Assembly: GCF_020745735.1 (NCBI RefSeq)
Contig: NC_083433.1
Span: forward strand, 12,721,363 to 12,785,362
Direction: 5' to 3'
DNA: 64,000 nt
Source of the DNA: Hemiscyllium ocellatum
Taxonomy: Eukaryota
Shown: piece after piece, positions 37,581-61,880 of the stretch
Layout of the letters: every line of letters begins with the position of its first letter
How positions within the stretch are numbered: position 1 is the stretch's first letter
The notes under the pieces: generated by a model
The model's database searches: none
Seen by the model: the letters and a program-made list of their open reading frames with translations, nothing else
Told to the model about the DNA's origin: nothing
Position numbers and translations under genes: made by a program

Positions 37581-40500
37581 CTAACTGCTGTCCTCCAGTG
37601 AGAGCCTGTCAAACAGGTACTCTCCCAGCCCATTCTCAGCAGCTCCCAGGCGCTTCAGGTTGGTGATGTAGTCCCCAAGTCGCTTGATGATCTCAACCTC
37701 CTCATCCAAATAGTGGGTCTCCAGGAAGTCACACAGCTGGAACACAGGAATATTACAGCTCATTACATTAGCACAATCCAAGACAGTTTGGAGAATCCCC
37801 ACTGCAAAACAGACAGGACAGTACTAGTTCTAGACAACCGTGAAACATCCAGCAAACAGCTAGAGCTTTTGTACTGGTGAATATATTAGCCTCTCAGCTG
37901 GCACATCTTGCCATTTAAGTGGAGCTGAGTTGGATTGTGGTGTATGGTGATCATTCCACTGCAATGGTCCTGAAAGGGGATTCAGTGGATAATATCACTT
38001 CAGCACTCCCACCAGATTACAATCCAAGTTCCTCCTTGACCTTATTGCTGAGCAGTTGTAACATGGATCATTCCAGATCCACACTGGGTTGTTATAATAT
38101 TATATCTGGACAAAGTTAAAAATCACAACACCAGGTTATAGTTCACCAAATTTATGCAGAAGCACTGCTCCTTCAGGTGGTTGTGGAGTATTAGTTTGGA
38201 AGCTAGTGCTTTGAATAAGCCTGTTGGACTATAACCTGGTGTGGTGTTAGTTTTAAACTTTGTCCACCCCAGTTTGACACCAGCATCTCCAAATCACATC
38301 CCCCCCCAAACATTGCATTACTGAATTTCAAACCCACAAAGACCAACCAGTGAGGTGTTGCCCTGAGGGTCAGGCAGTGATGAGAATGAGAAGGTGGTGA
38401 AGCTTACATGAGGGTCAGTCTGGGCAGTGGCGAGTTGGTGTAGATCCAGCAAGCTCTGGTTCACATTCTTCTCCAGATCCAGGGCAACCTGCATTGCCTG
38501 CAGCCCGTTACCCCACTCATCCCTCTCTGGCTTCTGAAACATGGAAACAAAAGGATAGTTAAGGATCAGAATCAGAATCCTGACAGTGGGATGAAGCAGG
38601 GCATTTAGCCCATTTGTCCACATCAACCCTCTAGAGGGTCCCACACTGACCCAACCCATCCCAGTAATCCCATTGAGGGAAAAATGTATGCTGTGTATCC
38701 CTGGAAACTGGGTAGCCTAGCATGACCAAACTGACTAGCACATCTTTGTGCCATGTGCAAACTGAGCAGTTCCCAGAGGCTGGAATTGGACCTGGCTCCC
38801 TGGCACTGAGACACTGCAGTGCCAGTACCATCCTCAATGAAGAGAAGGGTTTGAGGAGGAAGGGGTTTAGTGGGATCTCAGGAAACTGGAGAAATATGGA
38901 ATGCACCACCTGAGGAGAGTGGGGGAGGCTGCTAGTCCAGTGACATTGCAGCAACATCTGGACAAATACTAGGGCACAGTGGGCTAACGACTCAGTGCAG
39001 GTAGATGGGATTGGTGTAGTTTGGTCAGCATAGATTATGGTAGACCACAGGGCCTGTTTCTACGCAGTGACTGGGAGATGGAAGAGATCATATGGGAAAA
39101 TCCAACAACAGCTCTTCAATTCCCCCCACCCCTTCAGGATGAGCAAACCCTGTTACCGATGGCTTGATGCCACATCACGAGAGCAGCCATTCCCCTCCCC
39201 AACATTCCCACCTTCACATCCTGGAGGAGGACTCTGCCTCCACGCTGATTCTGGAATTTCAGCAGCTTCTCTGCATGTTCCTGCTTCTCCTGGGACTGAG
39301 CTTTGAAGAACTGGGAGAAATGGTGCAGGGCAACATCATCCCGGTCAAAGTACGACATCTGAAAGAGAACCATTTCCATCCCATTAACACATCACTGACC
39401 CCAATTCTAGTGGTCAGAAGTAGAGACTAATTTAGTCCTCAAATCAGATTGACTATTCAAGCAGTTATTAGTCCTCTGCATTCTCAACCAGGGTTTAATA
39501 TCCCAGTGTTGTCCAGTGAGCCAGCAGCTCTTAACCCCAGCTTCCTCCTGGGGACATGCAACAGCCATGTTTTAATTTGGATTAAACAGCTGGAGAGTTG
39601 CTCAGCAGGTCTGGTACAGATCAGAGGAGAGAAACACTAAATTCATGTTTCTGCTCATTAAACACCATTAGAATTGGAAGATATTAGACATGGACTGAAA
39701 CTCTTCAATGAAAGGAAACTAGAGTGCAGGATGTATTCATGGTGGGATGGGGGTCCAAAGCTAGACAGCACTGGGTTAACATGAGGGATGGACATCAATG
39801 GACCCAAGAGGCAGCTTTTTCCAGAAGGTGGTGTATGAATGAGCTGCCAAAGGAATTAGTGGAGGCTGGTACAGTTACCCCATTTCAAAGGCATCTGGAT
39901 GGGAGGTATTTAGAGTGATGTGTTCCAAATGGGACTAGATTAATGCAGGATATCTGGCTGGCAGGGAAGAGTGGCTTAGAGGGTCTGTTTCTGTGCAGAC
40001 CAGGTCTAGGATGGTAGATTTCATATATTCTGCATGAAACCAACTGAAGTTGTAATCTTTAACAAGGTGAGGGTTCAGTTGGATGAACAAGGAAAACCAC
40101 TGGAGTACTAAGTGCAGTCTACTCCAGTCAACATTAACCAGAGGGTAACACCCAGTCACCAGCGTCATGGAGATACAAAACTGATATCAGGACATAGGGA
40201 CAGGAGGCCATTCAATGGGGAAGTAACCATGAGGCTGCTGCAAGACACTACATTGTTCCTTTGGGGCTAAACTGGGAAAATGGATGTTGGACACTGCTGG
40301 CACTAATTTAGTCAGGAGAGGACTTTGTGCAGCTTGTAGATCATTGATCTTGTCTGGACCATACATTTGATCAGTATGAATGTGCTCATATCTGAATATG
40401 GGAGGGAATGAGAGAAAGGGGACCCGGGGTTTGTTAGGAAAGCTTGTACAAGGAGCTTTTGAATTGTAAGCAAGCAACTGAGCAATTAGAAAAGTGTAAC

Positions 40501-42443
40501 TTGATCAGGGAAGAGTCCAATCCAGAGAAAACCTCATGCGACCCAGATTAACCATTACATCAAGCTGGTGACACCATCTGCAGGTAAATGGAAAGGCACT
40601 GTGCTTGGTTTGACTTGCGCAGTTCCAACCATTAGATTTACACCCATATTTGACACAAACATTGAACATTCCCTTGTGAGCATTATGGTTATGTTAATGC
40701 TACTCCTTCAAGCAGCTGGTTTCATCCTTGGTTTGTGTCCCCCTCAAGATGGGTCATAAAGGCAGAGGTGCTGCCATGTCTGGAAATAGCTTCATCAAAC
40801 AATGGCAAGGGAGTGGCCAATTCAGTTATTCTCCAATCTTGGTTTGTGTTAACAGGCAGAAGCTGCTGGTGGCAGAGAAGCTGTTACTCTGAAACTAAGT
40901 TCCATGCTTCAACAGATGTTTCTTACTTGAACGCTCTGAAAGCTCTCCTGCCAGCAAGTGCAGTTTGTATTTACCATTTGCTAAAGGGAGTGTTTCTGGG
41001 CTGTTGCGAGTATGGGAACAGCTCCTTTGTTATGTTGCAATTGAGTCCATTGGGTTCCACGCAGTTGGATCGTCTTAAAGTCTGTTTCCTTCTGTTGGTG
41101 CTTCTACCATAGAATGTAGACAGTTGTTTTTATAAAGCAGAGTGATATGACCATCTGCATCACCCCTGGATTATACACTGTACAACTGCCTTTAATAGTG
41201 AGGAAAGGTTAGGGTCTGGACAACCTTAGTGGTTTTGACAGATCCAGACTGGTCCCTAACAGTTGGTGGAGGATTACAAAGGGGCACGACTCAAGTCAGA
41301 GCAGAAGTGAATGATCCATCCTTATTAAGAGCTAACTGGTTCACCAATGAAAGCTATTCCCACCTCCAAACAGATCTCTTGGGATTTCATCCTCATCTCA
41401 TGAGAGAGGACCTGTAATAGTGTAGCCCAGAGTGTGATGAACACTCTGATGTCTGGATGAGTGTACCTACAACATTCAAGCAGACACCATCCAGGATAAA
41501 ACAGCCCACTCCATTGGTACTGCATTCTCCACCTCCCTTCAGTGTCCATTATCTACCAGGTACCCTGCAGCACTCACGTAACACCTTCCAAATAGGACAT
41601 TCTAACACTTCAGAAGGGCATAGGCAAATTACTGGGAAAAAAAAGGGCCACTTTAATTCTCATACCATCCTGATTTGAATGTCTCAATTTCTTCAGTCAG
41701 TGTTGAATTTCAGACTACTCCAGCAAATTGACTCTTCCTCCAGGTGAAGGGATGGAAGAACAAATGGCTACCTGACCACCCCCACAAAGTGGATAATACA
41801 GAAAGCTAAATAGGCCTCAACTGGAGCCTACTTAAGTGCAGGCCAGTCACAGCCTGACATTAAATACCTCTGCTCAGATAAGCCAAGTATCATTGACAAA
41901 CACTGCCATAACTCCCTTTTACAGTATCAAAGCTAGTATGATGCATATTCAGCATTAGCAGAAAAAGAAATCAAAACATACTCACTCAAACATTAAAGCA
42001 GCAGAAAGGCAACTAGTCAATGGATACCTCCATATGGTTGGCCTAAATTGTTTCTAAGCTATTCCTGTAAATTATCTTGTTTTGACAACCCTAGGGAAAT
42101 GACAGTTCCCACCTGTTACAGTCATATCTGGGAATTATACACTAACCAAGAACACTTCACCTTACATACATTATTGTACATCAGTATCATACCCCATTGT
42201 TGCTGTAACACCACATTTAGCTTGAATTGTGAAACTGGTAAGAGCTGCAAAAGTCAGTCTACAGGAGCATCAAGTTAATTAGAAATAAGGAAAATTTTAC
42301 TTCACATAATAGAAGCAATTATAAATAGAGACAACACTCACCAAGGACTGATAGAGATATGAGGCAGCGAGCTCCAGGTTAACCTGCTTGTTGACAGCAG
42401 CTTCACAATCCTGGTGATAGTTTTGACAAACCTGGGAAGCCAT
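37581..42443 (-). CDS. Ferritin subunit (L/M-type), copy 5, intact, 176 aa. Exons 42342-42443, 39212-39358, 38408-38533, 37581-37736
   Basis: Open frame, GT-AG sites. Variants [11 protein letters not shown] and GAAENG. AATAAA at 37444-37449. Confidence 0.95.
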
Positions 42444-42535
42444 TTTGCAACAAATATTGCACTACTTGCCTCCACAGGAGGACCACAAACTTAGACTTAC
42501 CACCAACTCTACCTAAATCATCACAAACTTTGGAC

Positions 42536-42680
42536 TTTTAATTATACTCCAGGAGCAGATTTCATTTTATTAAGCAGGAAATGACATCATCAGTGATGGC
42601 TAATCACTCTTGTTAATCAATCGATCAGCTGCCATGTCCATTCAGCGCAGAATGGGAATTGGATCCAGAAGCCAATTAGA
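42536..42680 (-). promoter_or_regulatory. Promoter of copy 5
   Basis: TATAATTA variant plus the same conserved module. Confidence 0.6.
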
Positions 42681-45600
42681 TTTGACAACTGTTCGATGAT
42701 GAAATTAGTGATTGACCTCTTACACAAGTGCAAATTCTCTCAGTATATCTACCTGAAAATGAGATTAAAACATACTCTGAAACTTCACTATCGTATTTGA
42801 GCTTGTGTATTAAGACATGCTGAAAACAGATTTGCAGAATTTTGTTAGTTTGTTACTCTGAGGGATTTGTCTTCCTACCTTTTGAATGGCAGTGTTGAGA
42901 GTCCATTGAAAAATGGCTAGATTTTGTTGACAGTAAATATTTGCCTATTGATTGACTGTGACAGAAATACAGTGCTTTTGGGTCATCCAGTGCAGGCAAC
43001 TGATGTACTTTGTGGATCCATTCTGAATCTGCTGTGATCTCTTTGACCTTAGGTCTCAGGAAGCCCAGTTTAAAACCAAAACACTAAATGTACTGAGTGT
43101 GTCAGCCATGTAGTAGGCCTCAGGCCTCCATGTCTAAATTGTTGTTAGAAACATACTGCATGATTAACTTTTCAACTCCATGTTCAGTTTCTAATTGTTT
43201 CAAGAAGAACTAGCCCTCAACTTAAGGATATTTCCAAGTGGAGAGATTCTGGTTATGTTTACATTGTAATCTGTCGAACGTCCAGCTCAGAAAGTGGTCT
43301 CCCAACCCAATGTGGTCCATACGCACATCTTTATGGACATGAGAGTATCTCAACCTAAAGTTGAATGTGTTGAACTGAGCAGCCTCCAGTGGAATGGTGC
43401 GCTGTGAGAGTTTGGGGATTGAAGGTGCCCACTCAATGTCACAGCCTTGACGGATGGATTGGTGGAAGCAAGTTACTTTGACCCAGTATCTGATTCAAAT
43501 ACCAGGTTACAGTCTAGCCATTACTTGTCGGATTGAGTTACAAGTTTGAGTATTATACATGGAACCACGGTCAGAGGTCAACCCCGATAAATATTCATGG
43601 CGATGAGAGTAAGTCAGAGGCTGGGAATTCTGTTGTGAATTTCTCAACTCCTGACTTTCCAAAGCCTCTCCACCATCTACAAGACCAAAGTTAGGAAAGG
43701 TGGTGGGATACTTTCCAATTTTCTGGCTGAATCCAGCCCCAACAACACTGACGGATCCCCAGGGAAATCTCTTGCCATCCTGAGTTGGAACAATATCACT
43801 GTTTCTGAATCCAAGTCCCAGACGCCCCCCCTCTGCAGCAGCAGCAGCAGCATCTGGTCTCTCCCACACCAGGTGGGCTGTAATAACCAGCTCATCACCA
43901 CCTCCTGAAGGGTAACTGCGGCTGGGCACGAAACGCAGCCTTCTGATTGGTACACTGAAGATTGACGAAATAAAAAAACCACTCTGTGACAGGATGGGGG
44001 AGTGCAACACTAGAGGGGCATAGGCTTAAGATGAGAGGGGAAAGATTAAAAATAAGGATGTGAGGGGCAACCTTTTCAAAGAGCGTGTGCTGCATTCATG
44101 GGAACGAGCTGCCAGAGGAAGTGGTGGAGGCAGATACATTTATATCATTTAAAAGATATTTGGACGGATACATGAATGGGAAGGTTTTCGAGGGACATCG
44201 ACCAAATGCAGGCGAGGGCAACTGGTACAGTTTTGGAAATCTGGGTGGCATGGACAGGTTGGACTGAAGGGACTGGTTCTGGGATGTATGACTCTATGAC
44301 TCTACTGGTGTGCAACAGCATGTTTCTTTAGGATGGTGTGGTGGCTCAGTGGTTAGCACTGCTGCCTCACAGCGCCAGGGACCTGGGTTTGATTCCAGCC
44401 TCCAGTGAATGTGTGTGTGTGTATATAGAGTGTGCATGCTTTCCGTGTCTGTGTGGGTTTCGTATCAGTGCTCCACTTTCCTTCCACAGTCCAAATATGT
44501 GCAGGATCAGTGAATCGGCCATGGGAAATGCAGGGTTAAGAGTATTGGGTGGGTCTGAACAGGATGCTGTTCAGATAATTGGTGCAGACACAATAGACTG
44601 AATGGCCTCAGCCTACACTGTAGGGAGTCTGTCAGCATGACTTGATTGTTTACAATAAAAGGTTTTACGTTGTGGAATAAATATGTTAAGGACGCACTCC
44701 CTCCCTGAAGGCTGCAGTGTATGCTCACTACAAAATTCACTCAAACAATCACCAGGAGAGCCCCCTCCCTAACCCACGATCCCTGAAACCCCAAAGATAA
44801 AGGAGCAGCTATACAGGAGAGTCAGCATCTCCAGGTTTCCTTTCAGAAGGACAGCACTCCCCAACTTGGAGAGAAATCATTGCTCCTTCAACATCACTGG
44901 GTCAAATCAAACTGCATCAGGAGAATCCTTCAGTACATGGGAAGCTGGGAGGAAGCTCTGATCAGCTTGGACTGCAAACTGCTGACTTTAGCAGCAAGAG
45001 TAAATCAGATGGAAGCATCTAACCTCAAGCATTGCTGTTATTCCCAGATCACAGTCATCCTGCTCATTTCAGCTGTAGGTGATGATGAGAGCAGGTGTAT
45101 TAATTCAATGCAGCTCAGGAGAATTTCTTCAGCTGACTCCCAGGAATGTGTGTCTGCAGGGAAGGTTTGCAGTAAATGATCCCAACTCTGGGTGGGCAGG
45201 CTTGAAGTTTATTGAAAGTGCTGGAGCGCTGTTAGGAGGGAGTCTTCAGATGGGGAGGTACACAAAAGTGAGAGAAATACAGCAGGATAACATTGCTACT
45301 GTTAGGAAAAGCTCCCCCTGTTATGGATTGACTCCTTGTTGCGCTAGAATGGGTATTTAAATCAAGGTGCTCATTAGGAAGCTGCATGTTTGACTCACTA
45401 CAGATAAATGAACTGGTTGACATGCCTTGTTACAGCCATTAGTAGTTGGGTAAGGGGTGATGATCACAGGCCTCTGTGCTGGCCCTGTTTTGAACCCTGA
45501 CTGGCTCCAGTAAAGAAAACAGTAGCATTTAGAATATCCAGGTCATGTTAGAGGTCCATTGGGAGTTATACCAGACAGGCTAAGATCATATCCTTCCCAG

Positions 45601-46311
45601 GTTAGGTGGTTCCTCCATACAGCCCAGTAGACCTCACCCAAGGCCTGCAGGAATAGGTGAACAGATCTGGTCACCCAGATCATGCAGTTTGACTCCAAAT
45701 TGTGGAGTACTTCTAAAGACATTGATGTTGGGGGGTGAACTCTTCATGGGCAAACATGGAATCAAAGATATGGGGTAATCTAGGGAAATTGATCTTTTGA
45801 TGAGGAACACAAACTTCCTTGCACACTTTGATATACCCACAACTGTAGGCATTAGCTCAGCAGAGTATAATTCTTGGACATGACAATCATTAGATGGAGT
45901 ATAAAACCTGAGTGTAAAACACCCAACCTCATATGCTGGGCAGGATAGTTTGTATTTTAGTTACAACAACTCCATCTAATTATTACTGTCCAATCGGGTG
46001 TGGAGTGTTGGGAGAGGGGAAAAGAGAGTGGCGAGGATACATTTAGTGAGGTGTTTTAGTCCAGTATATAAGCCAAGTTAAAAGTGATTTACTGGCATCA
46101 AGCTCTCCAGAAATCACTAACAAGTGAGTGAAGGATCAGTGGTCTGAATGATGGACAATCAGCAAGTACAAGGTTTTATTCACTTCCATTCAGGTGGTAC
46201 AGCCATTACATTCTTGCCAACATACTCCTTCTCCCTGGGTGGGGGAAGCCAGATTGTCCAAGTGAAGCCAGTAATGCATTCAGACAAAAGCAGACAGTCC
46301 CCCAGGCCCCA

Positions 46312-51216
<4,905 letters not shown>

Positions 51217-51311
51217 TTTGCAACAAATATTGCACTACTTGCCTACACAGGGCAACCACAAACTTAGAATTACCACCAACTCTACCTAAATCATCACAGC
51301 CTTTGGACTTT

Positions 51312-51450
51312 TATTTATACTCCAGGAGCAGATTTCATTTTATTAAGCAGGAAATGACATCATCAGTGATGGCCAATCACTCTTGTTAATCAATCGATCA
51401 GCTGCCATGTCCATTCAGCGCAGAATGGGAATTGGATCCAGAAGCCAATT
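51312..51450 (-). promoter_or_regulatory. Promoter of copy 6
   Basis: TATAAATA at 51312-51319 plus the same conserved module. Confidence 0.65.
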
Positions 51451-54400
51451 AGAATTGACAACTGTTCAATGATGAAATTAGTGATTGACCTCTTACACAA
51501 GTGCAAATTCTCTCAGTATATCTATCTGAAAATGAGATTAAAACATACTCTGAAACTTCACTATCGCATTTGAGCTTGTGTATTAAGACATGCTGAAAAC
51601 AGATTTGCAGAATTTTGTTAGTTTGTTACTCTGAGGGATTTGTCTTCCTACCTTTTGAATGACAGTGTTGGGAGTCCATTGAAAAATGGTTAGATTTTGT
51701 TGACATTAAACATTTGCCTATTGATTGACTGTGACAGAAATGCAGTGCTTTTGGGTCCTAGTGCAGGCAACTGATGTACATTGTGGATCCATTCTGAATC
51801 TGCTGTGATCTCTTTGACCTTAGGTCTCAGGAAGCCCAGTTTAAAACCAAAACACTAAATGTGCTGAGTGTGTCAGCCATATAGTAGGCCTCAGGCCTCC
51901 ATGTTTAAATTGTTGTTAGAAACATACTGCATGATTAACTTTTCAACTCCATGTTCAGTTTCTAATTGTTTCAAGAAGAACTAGCCCTCAACTCAAGGAT
52001 GTTTCCAAGTGGAGAGATTCTGATTCTGTTTACATTGTATTCTGTCGAATGTCCAGCTCAGAAAGTGGTCTCCCAACCCAATGTGGTCCATACGCACATC
52101 TATATGGACATGAGAGTATCTCAACCTAAAGTTGAATGTGTTGAACTGAGCAGCCTCCAGTGGAATGGTGGGCTGTGAGAGTTTGGGGATTGAAGGTGCC
52201 CACTCAATGTCACAGCCTTGACGGATGGATTGGTGGAAGTAAGTTACTTTGACCCAGTATCTGATTCAAATACCAGGTTACAGTGTAGCCATTACTTGTC
52301 GGATTGAGTTACAAGTTTGAGTATTATACATGGAACCACGGTCAGAGGTCAACCCTGATAAATATTCATGGTGATGAGAGTAAGTCAGAGGCTGGGAATT
52401 CTGTTGTGAATTTCTCAACTCCTGACTTTCCAAAGCATCTCCACCATCTACAAGACCAAAGTTAGGAAAAGTGGTGGGATACATTCCAATTTTCTGGCTG
52501 AATACAGCCCCAAGAACACTGACGGAGCCCTAGGGAAATCTCTCACCATCCTGAGTTGGAACAATATCACTGTTTCTGAATCCAAGTCCTGGACGCCCCC
52601 CCCTCAGCAGCAGCAGCAGCAGCAGCAGCATCTGGTCTCTCCCACACCAGGTGGGTTGTAATAACCAGCTCATCACCATCTTCGGTAGGGTAACTGCGGC
52701 TGGGCACGAAACGCAGTCTTCTGATTGGCACACTGAAGATTGACCAATAAAAACCACACTGTGATGGGGGAGTGCAACACTCGAGCAGCATAGTCTTAAA
52801 GTGGGAGGGGAAAGATTAAAAATAGGGATGTGAGGGGCAACCGTTTCAGAGAGAGGGTGCTGTGTACATGGATTGAGCTGCCAGAGGAAGTGGTGGAGGC
52901 GGGTACAATTATAACATTTAAAAGACATTTGGACGGAGACATGAATGGGAAGGTTTTAGAGGGACATGGGCCAAATGCAGGCAAGGGCAACTGGTACAGT
53001 TTTGGAAATCTGATCGGCATGGACAGGTTAGACCAAAGGGTCTGCTTCTGTGATGTATGACTCTATGACTCTACTGGTGTGCAACAGCATGTTTCATTAG
53101 GATGGTGTGGTGGCTCAGTGGTTAGCACTGCTGCCTCACAGCGCCAGGGACCTGGGTTTGATTCCAGCCTCGAGTGAGTGAGTGTGTGTGTGTGCGCGCG
53201 TGTGTGTATGTGGTGCTCTCCCTGTGCCTGTGGGGGTTTCCTATGAGTGCTCCAGTTTCCTTCCACAGTCCAAAGATGTGCAGGATCAGTGAATCGTCCA
53301 TAGGAAATGCAGGGTTAAGAGGATTGGGTGGGTCTGAACAGGATGCTGTTCAGATAATTGGTGCAGACTCAATGGGCTGAATGGCCTCAGCCTGCACTGT
53401 AGAGAGTTTGTCAGCATGACCTGATTGTTTACAATAAAAGGTTTTACATTGTGGAATAAATATGTTAAGGACCTAAACCCTCCATAAAGGCCGCAGTGTA
53501 TGCTCACTACAAAATTCACTCAAACAATCACCAGGACAGCCCCCTCCCTTAACCCACGCTCCCTGAAACCCCAAAGATAAAGGAGCAGCTGTAGAGGAGA
53601 GTCAGTATCTCCAGGTTTCCTTTCAGAAGGACAGCACTCTCCAACTTGGAGAGAAATCACTGCTCCTTCAACATCACTGGGTCAAATCAAACTGCAGCAG
53701 GAGAATCCTTCAGCACATGGGAAGCTGGGAGGAAGCTAGGATCAGCTTGGACTGTAAACTACTGACTTTAGCAGCAAGAGTAAATCAGATGGAAGCATCT
53801 AACCTCAAGCATTGCTGTTGTTCCCAGATCACAGTCATTCTGCTCTTTCAGCTGTAGGTGACGATGAGAGCATGTGTATTAATTCAGTGCAGCTCAGGAG
53901 AATTTCTTCAGCTGCCTCCCAGGAATGTGTGTCTACAGGGAAGGTTTGCAGTGAATGATCCCAGCTCTGGGTGGGCAGGTATGAAGATTATTGAAAGTGC
54001 TGGAGCGGTGTTAGGAGTGAGTCTTCAGACAGGGAGGTACACAAAATTGAGGGAGATACAGTAAGATAGCATTGTTACTGCTAGGAAAAGCTCCCCCCTG
54101 GTGTGGATTGACTCCTTGTGGTGGTAGAATGGGTATTTAATCAAGGTACTCATTGGGAGCTGCATGTTTGACTCAGACTGCAGAGAAATGAACCAGTCTA
54201 CATACCCCACTGTTAATGGCTGCAACAAGGCAAGGTGTGAAGGTCACAGGCCCCCTGCTGGTCTGAACCCCAATGGGCTCCTAAGGCTGGGCTCAGAGGT
54301 AAAAGAAAACAGTAGAATTTAGAATATCCTGGTCATGTTAGAATTCCCTGAGTAGCTATACCAGGGAAATTGAGATCGTATCATTAGCTGGTTCCACTAG

Positions 54401-55104
54401 CTGAGTAGAAACCAGAACCTCACCCAAAGCCTATAAGAGGTGAACAGATCTGGTCACCCAAACAATTTTTTTTGATTCCAAATGGTGGAGTCCTTCCAAA
54501 GTGAAGGAAGGCATTGATGTGGAGGTGAACACTTGATGGGCAAATCTGGAAATGAACTAGGAATCAAAGATTTAGGGTGTCTAGGGAAATGAATATTTAG
54601 TCTGAGAGGTATGGAAACTTCCCTGACCACTGTTTGCCCAAAACTGTACAGATTAGTCTGAAAAAGTATAATTCTTGGACAGAAGAATCATTAAAAAGGT
54701 TTTATCCTCCAGATTGTGAAATACCCAGCCTCAAGTGTGGGGCATGATAGCTTGAATTTTAGTTACATCAACTCCATCTAGTTATTCCTGTCCCGTGGGG
54801 GGTGGAGTGTCGGCTGAGGTGTAAGAGTGAAGAGACATTTAGTGAGGTGTTTTAGTCCAGTGATTGAGCCAAACTGCAGGATGATTACTGACATCAAGTA
54901 CCTCAGATAGCAAATGAGAGAAGGATCAGTGGTCCGAATGGACAACAAAGCAAGATCAATACAAGGTTTTATTCATTTCTATTCAGGTGGTACAGCCATT
55001 ACATTCTTGCCAACATGCTCCTTCTCCCTGGGAGGGGGAAGCCAGATTGTCCAAGTGAAGTCAGTAATGCATTCAGACAAAAGCAGACAGTCCCCCAGGC
55101 CCCA

Positions 55105-59846
<4,742 letters not shown>

Positions 59847-59953
59847 TTTGTGACAAATATTGCACTACTTGCCCACCCAAGACAAGCCACAGGCCAACCA
59901 CAAACTTAGAATTATCACCAACTCTACCTAAATCATCACAGCCTGTGGACTTT

Positions 59954-60092
59954 TATTTATTCTCCAGGAGCAGATTTGATTTTATTAGGCAGGAAATGAC
60001 ATCATCAGTGATGGCCAATCACTCTTGTTAATCAATCGATCAGCTGCCATGTCCATTGAGTGCAGAATGGGAATTGGATCCAGAAGCCAATT
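59954..60092 (-). promoter_or_regulatory. Promoter of copy 7 (TATA box mutated)
   Basis: AATAAATA in place of TATAAATA; rest of the module conserved. Confidence 0.55.
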
Positions 60093-61848
60093 AGAATTGA
60101 CAACTGTTCGAAAATGAAATTAGTGATTGACCTCTTACACAAGTGCAAATTCTCTAAGTATATCTACCTGAAAATGAGATTAAAACATACTCTGAAACTT
60201 CACTATCGTATTTGAGCTTGTGTATTAAGACAGGCTGAAAATAGATTTGCAGAATTTTGTTAGTTTGTTACTCTGAGGGATTTGTCTTCCTACCTTTTGA
60301 ATGACAGTGTTGAGAGTCCATTGAAAAATGGCTAGATTTTGTTGACATTAAACATTTGCCTATTGATTGACTGGAACAGAAAAGCAGTGCTTTTGGGTCA
60401 TCCAGTGCAGGCAACTGATGTACTTTGTGGATCCATTCTGAATCTGCTGTGATCTCTTTGACCTTAGGTCTCAGGAAGCCCAGTTTACAACTAAAACATT
60501 AAATGTGCTGAGTGTGTCAGCCATGGAGTAGGCCTCAGGACTCCATGTTTAAATTGTTGTTAGAAACATACTGCATGATCAACTTTTCAACTCCATGTTC
60601 AGTTTCTAATTGTTTCCAGATGAACTGGCCCTCAACTCAAAGATGTTTCCAAGTGGAGAGATTCTGGTTGTGTTTACATTTGTATTCTGTCGAACGTATA
60701 GTTCAGAAACTGGCCTACCAACCCGATGTGGTCCAAACGCACATCTTTATGGACATGATGGCCTCTCAACCTAAAGTTGAATGTGTTGAACTGAGCAGCC
60801 TCCAGTGGAATGGTGCGCTGTGAGAGTTTGGGGATTGAAGGTCCCCACTCAATGTCACAGCCTTGTACGGATGGATTGGTGGAAGCAAGTTACTTTGACC
60901 CAGTATCTGATTCAAATATTAGGTTACAGTCTAGCCATTACTTGTCAGATTGAGTTACAAGTTTGAGTATTATACATGGAACCACGGTCAGAGGTCAACC
61001 CTGATAAATATTCATGGCGATGAGAGTAAGTCAGAGGCTGGGAATTCTGTTGTGAATTTCTCAACTCCTGACTTTCCAAAGCATCTCCACCATCTACAAG
61101 ACCAAAGTTAGGAAAAGTGGTGGGATACTTTCCAATCTTCTGTCGGAATGCAGCTCCAACAACACTGACGGAGCTCCAGGGAAATCTCTCGCCATCCTGA
61201 GTTGGAACAATATCACTGTTTCTGAATCCAAGTCCCGGATGCCCCCCCCCTCCCCTCCCCTCCCCTCCCCTCCCCCTCAGCAGCAGCAGCAGCAGCATCT
61301 GGTCTCTCCCACACCAGGTGGGCTGTAATAACCAGCTCATCACCACCTCCTGAAGGGTAACTGCGGCTGGGCACGAAACACAGCCTTCTGATTGGCACAC
61401 TGAAGATTGAACAATAAAAACCGCCCTGCGATAGGGTGGGGGAGTGCAAAGCTTGAGGGGCATAGGCTGAAGGTGAGAGGGGAAAGATTAAAATAGGGAT
61501 GTGAGGGGCAACCTTTTCAGAGAGAGTGTGCTGTGTACATGGAACGAGCTGCCAGAGGAAGTGGTGGAGGCGGGTACAATTATAACATTTAAAAGAGATT
61601 TGGATGGATACATGAATGGGAAGGTTTTAGAGGGACATGGGCCAAATGCAGGCAAGGGCAACTGGTACAGTTTTGGAAAGCTGGTCAGCATGGACAGGTT
61701 GGGCCAAAGGGTCTGCTTCTGTGATGTATGACTCTATGACTTCACTGGTGTGCAACAGCATGTTTCTTTTGGATGGTGTGGTGGTTCAGTGGTTAGCACT
61801 GCTGCCTCACAGCGCCAGGGACCTGGGTTTGATTGAAGCCTCGAGTGA

Positions 61849-61880
<32 letters not shown>

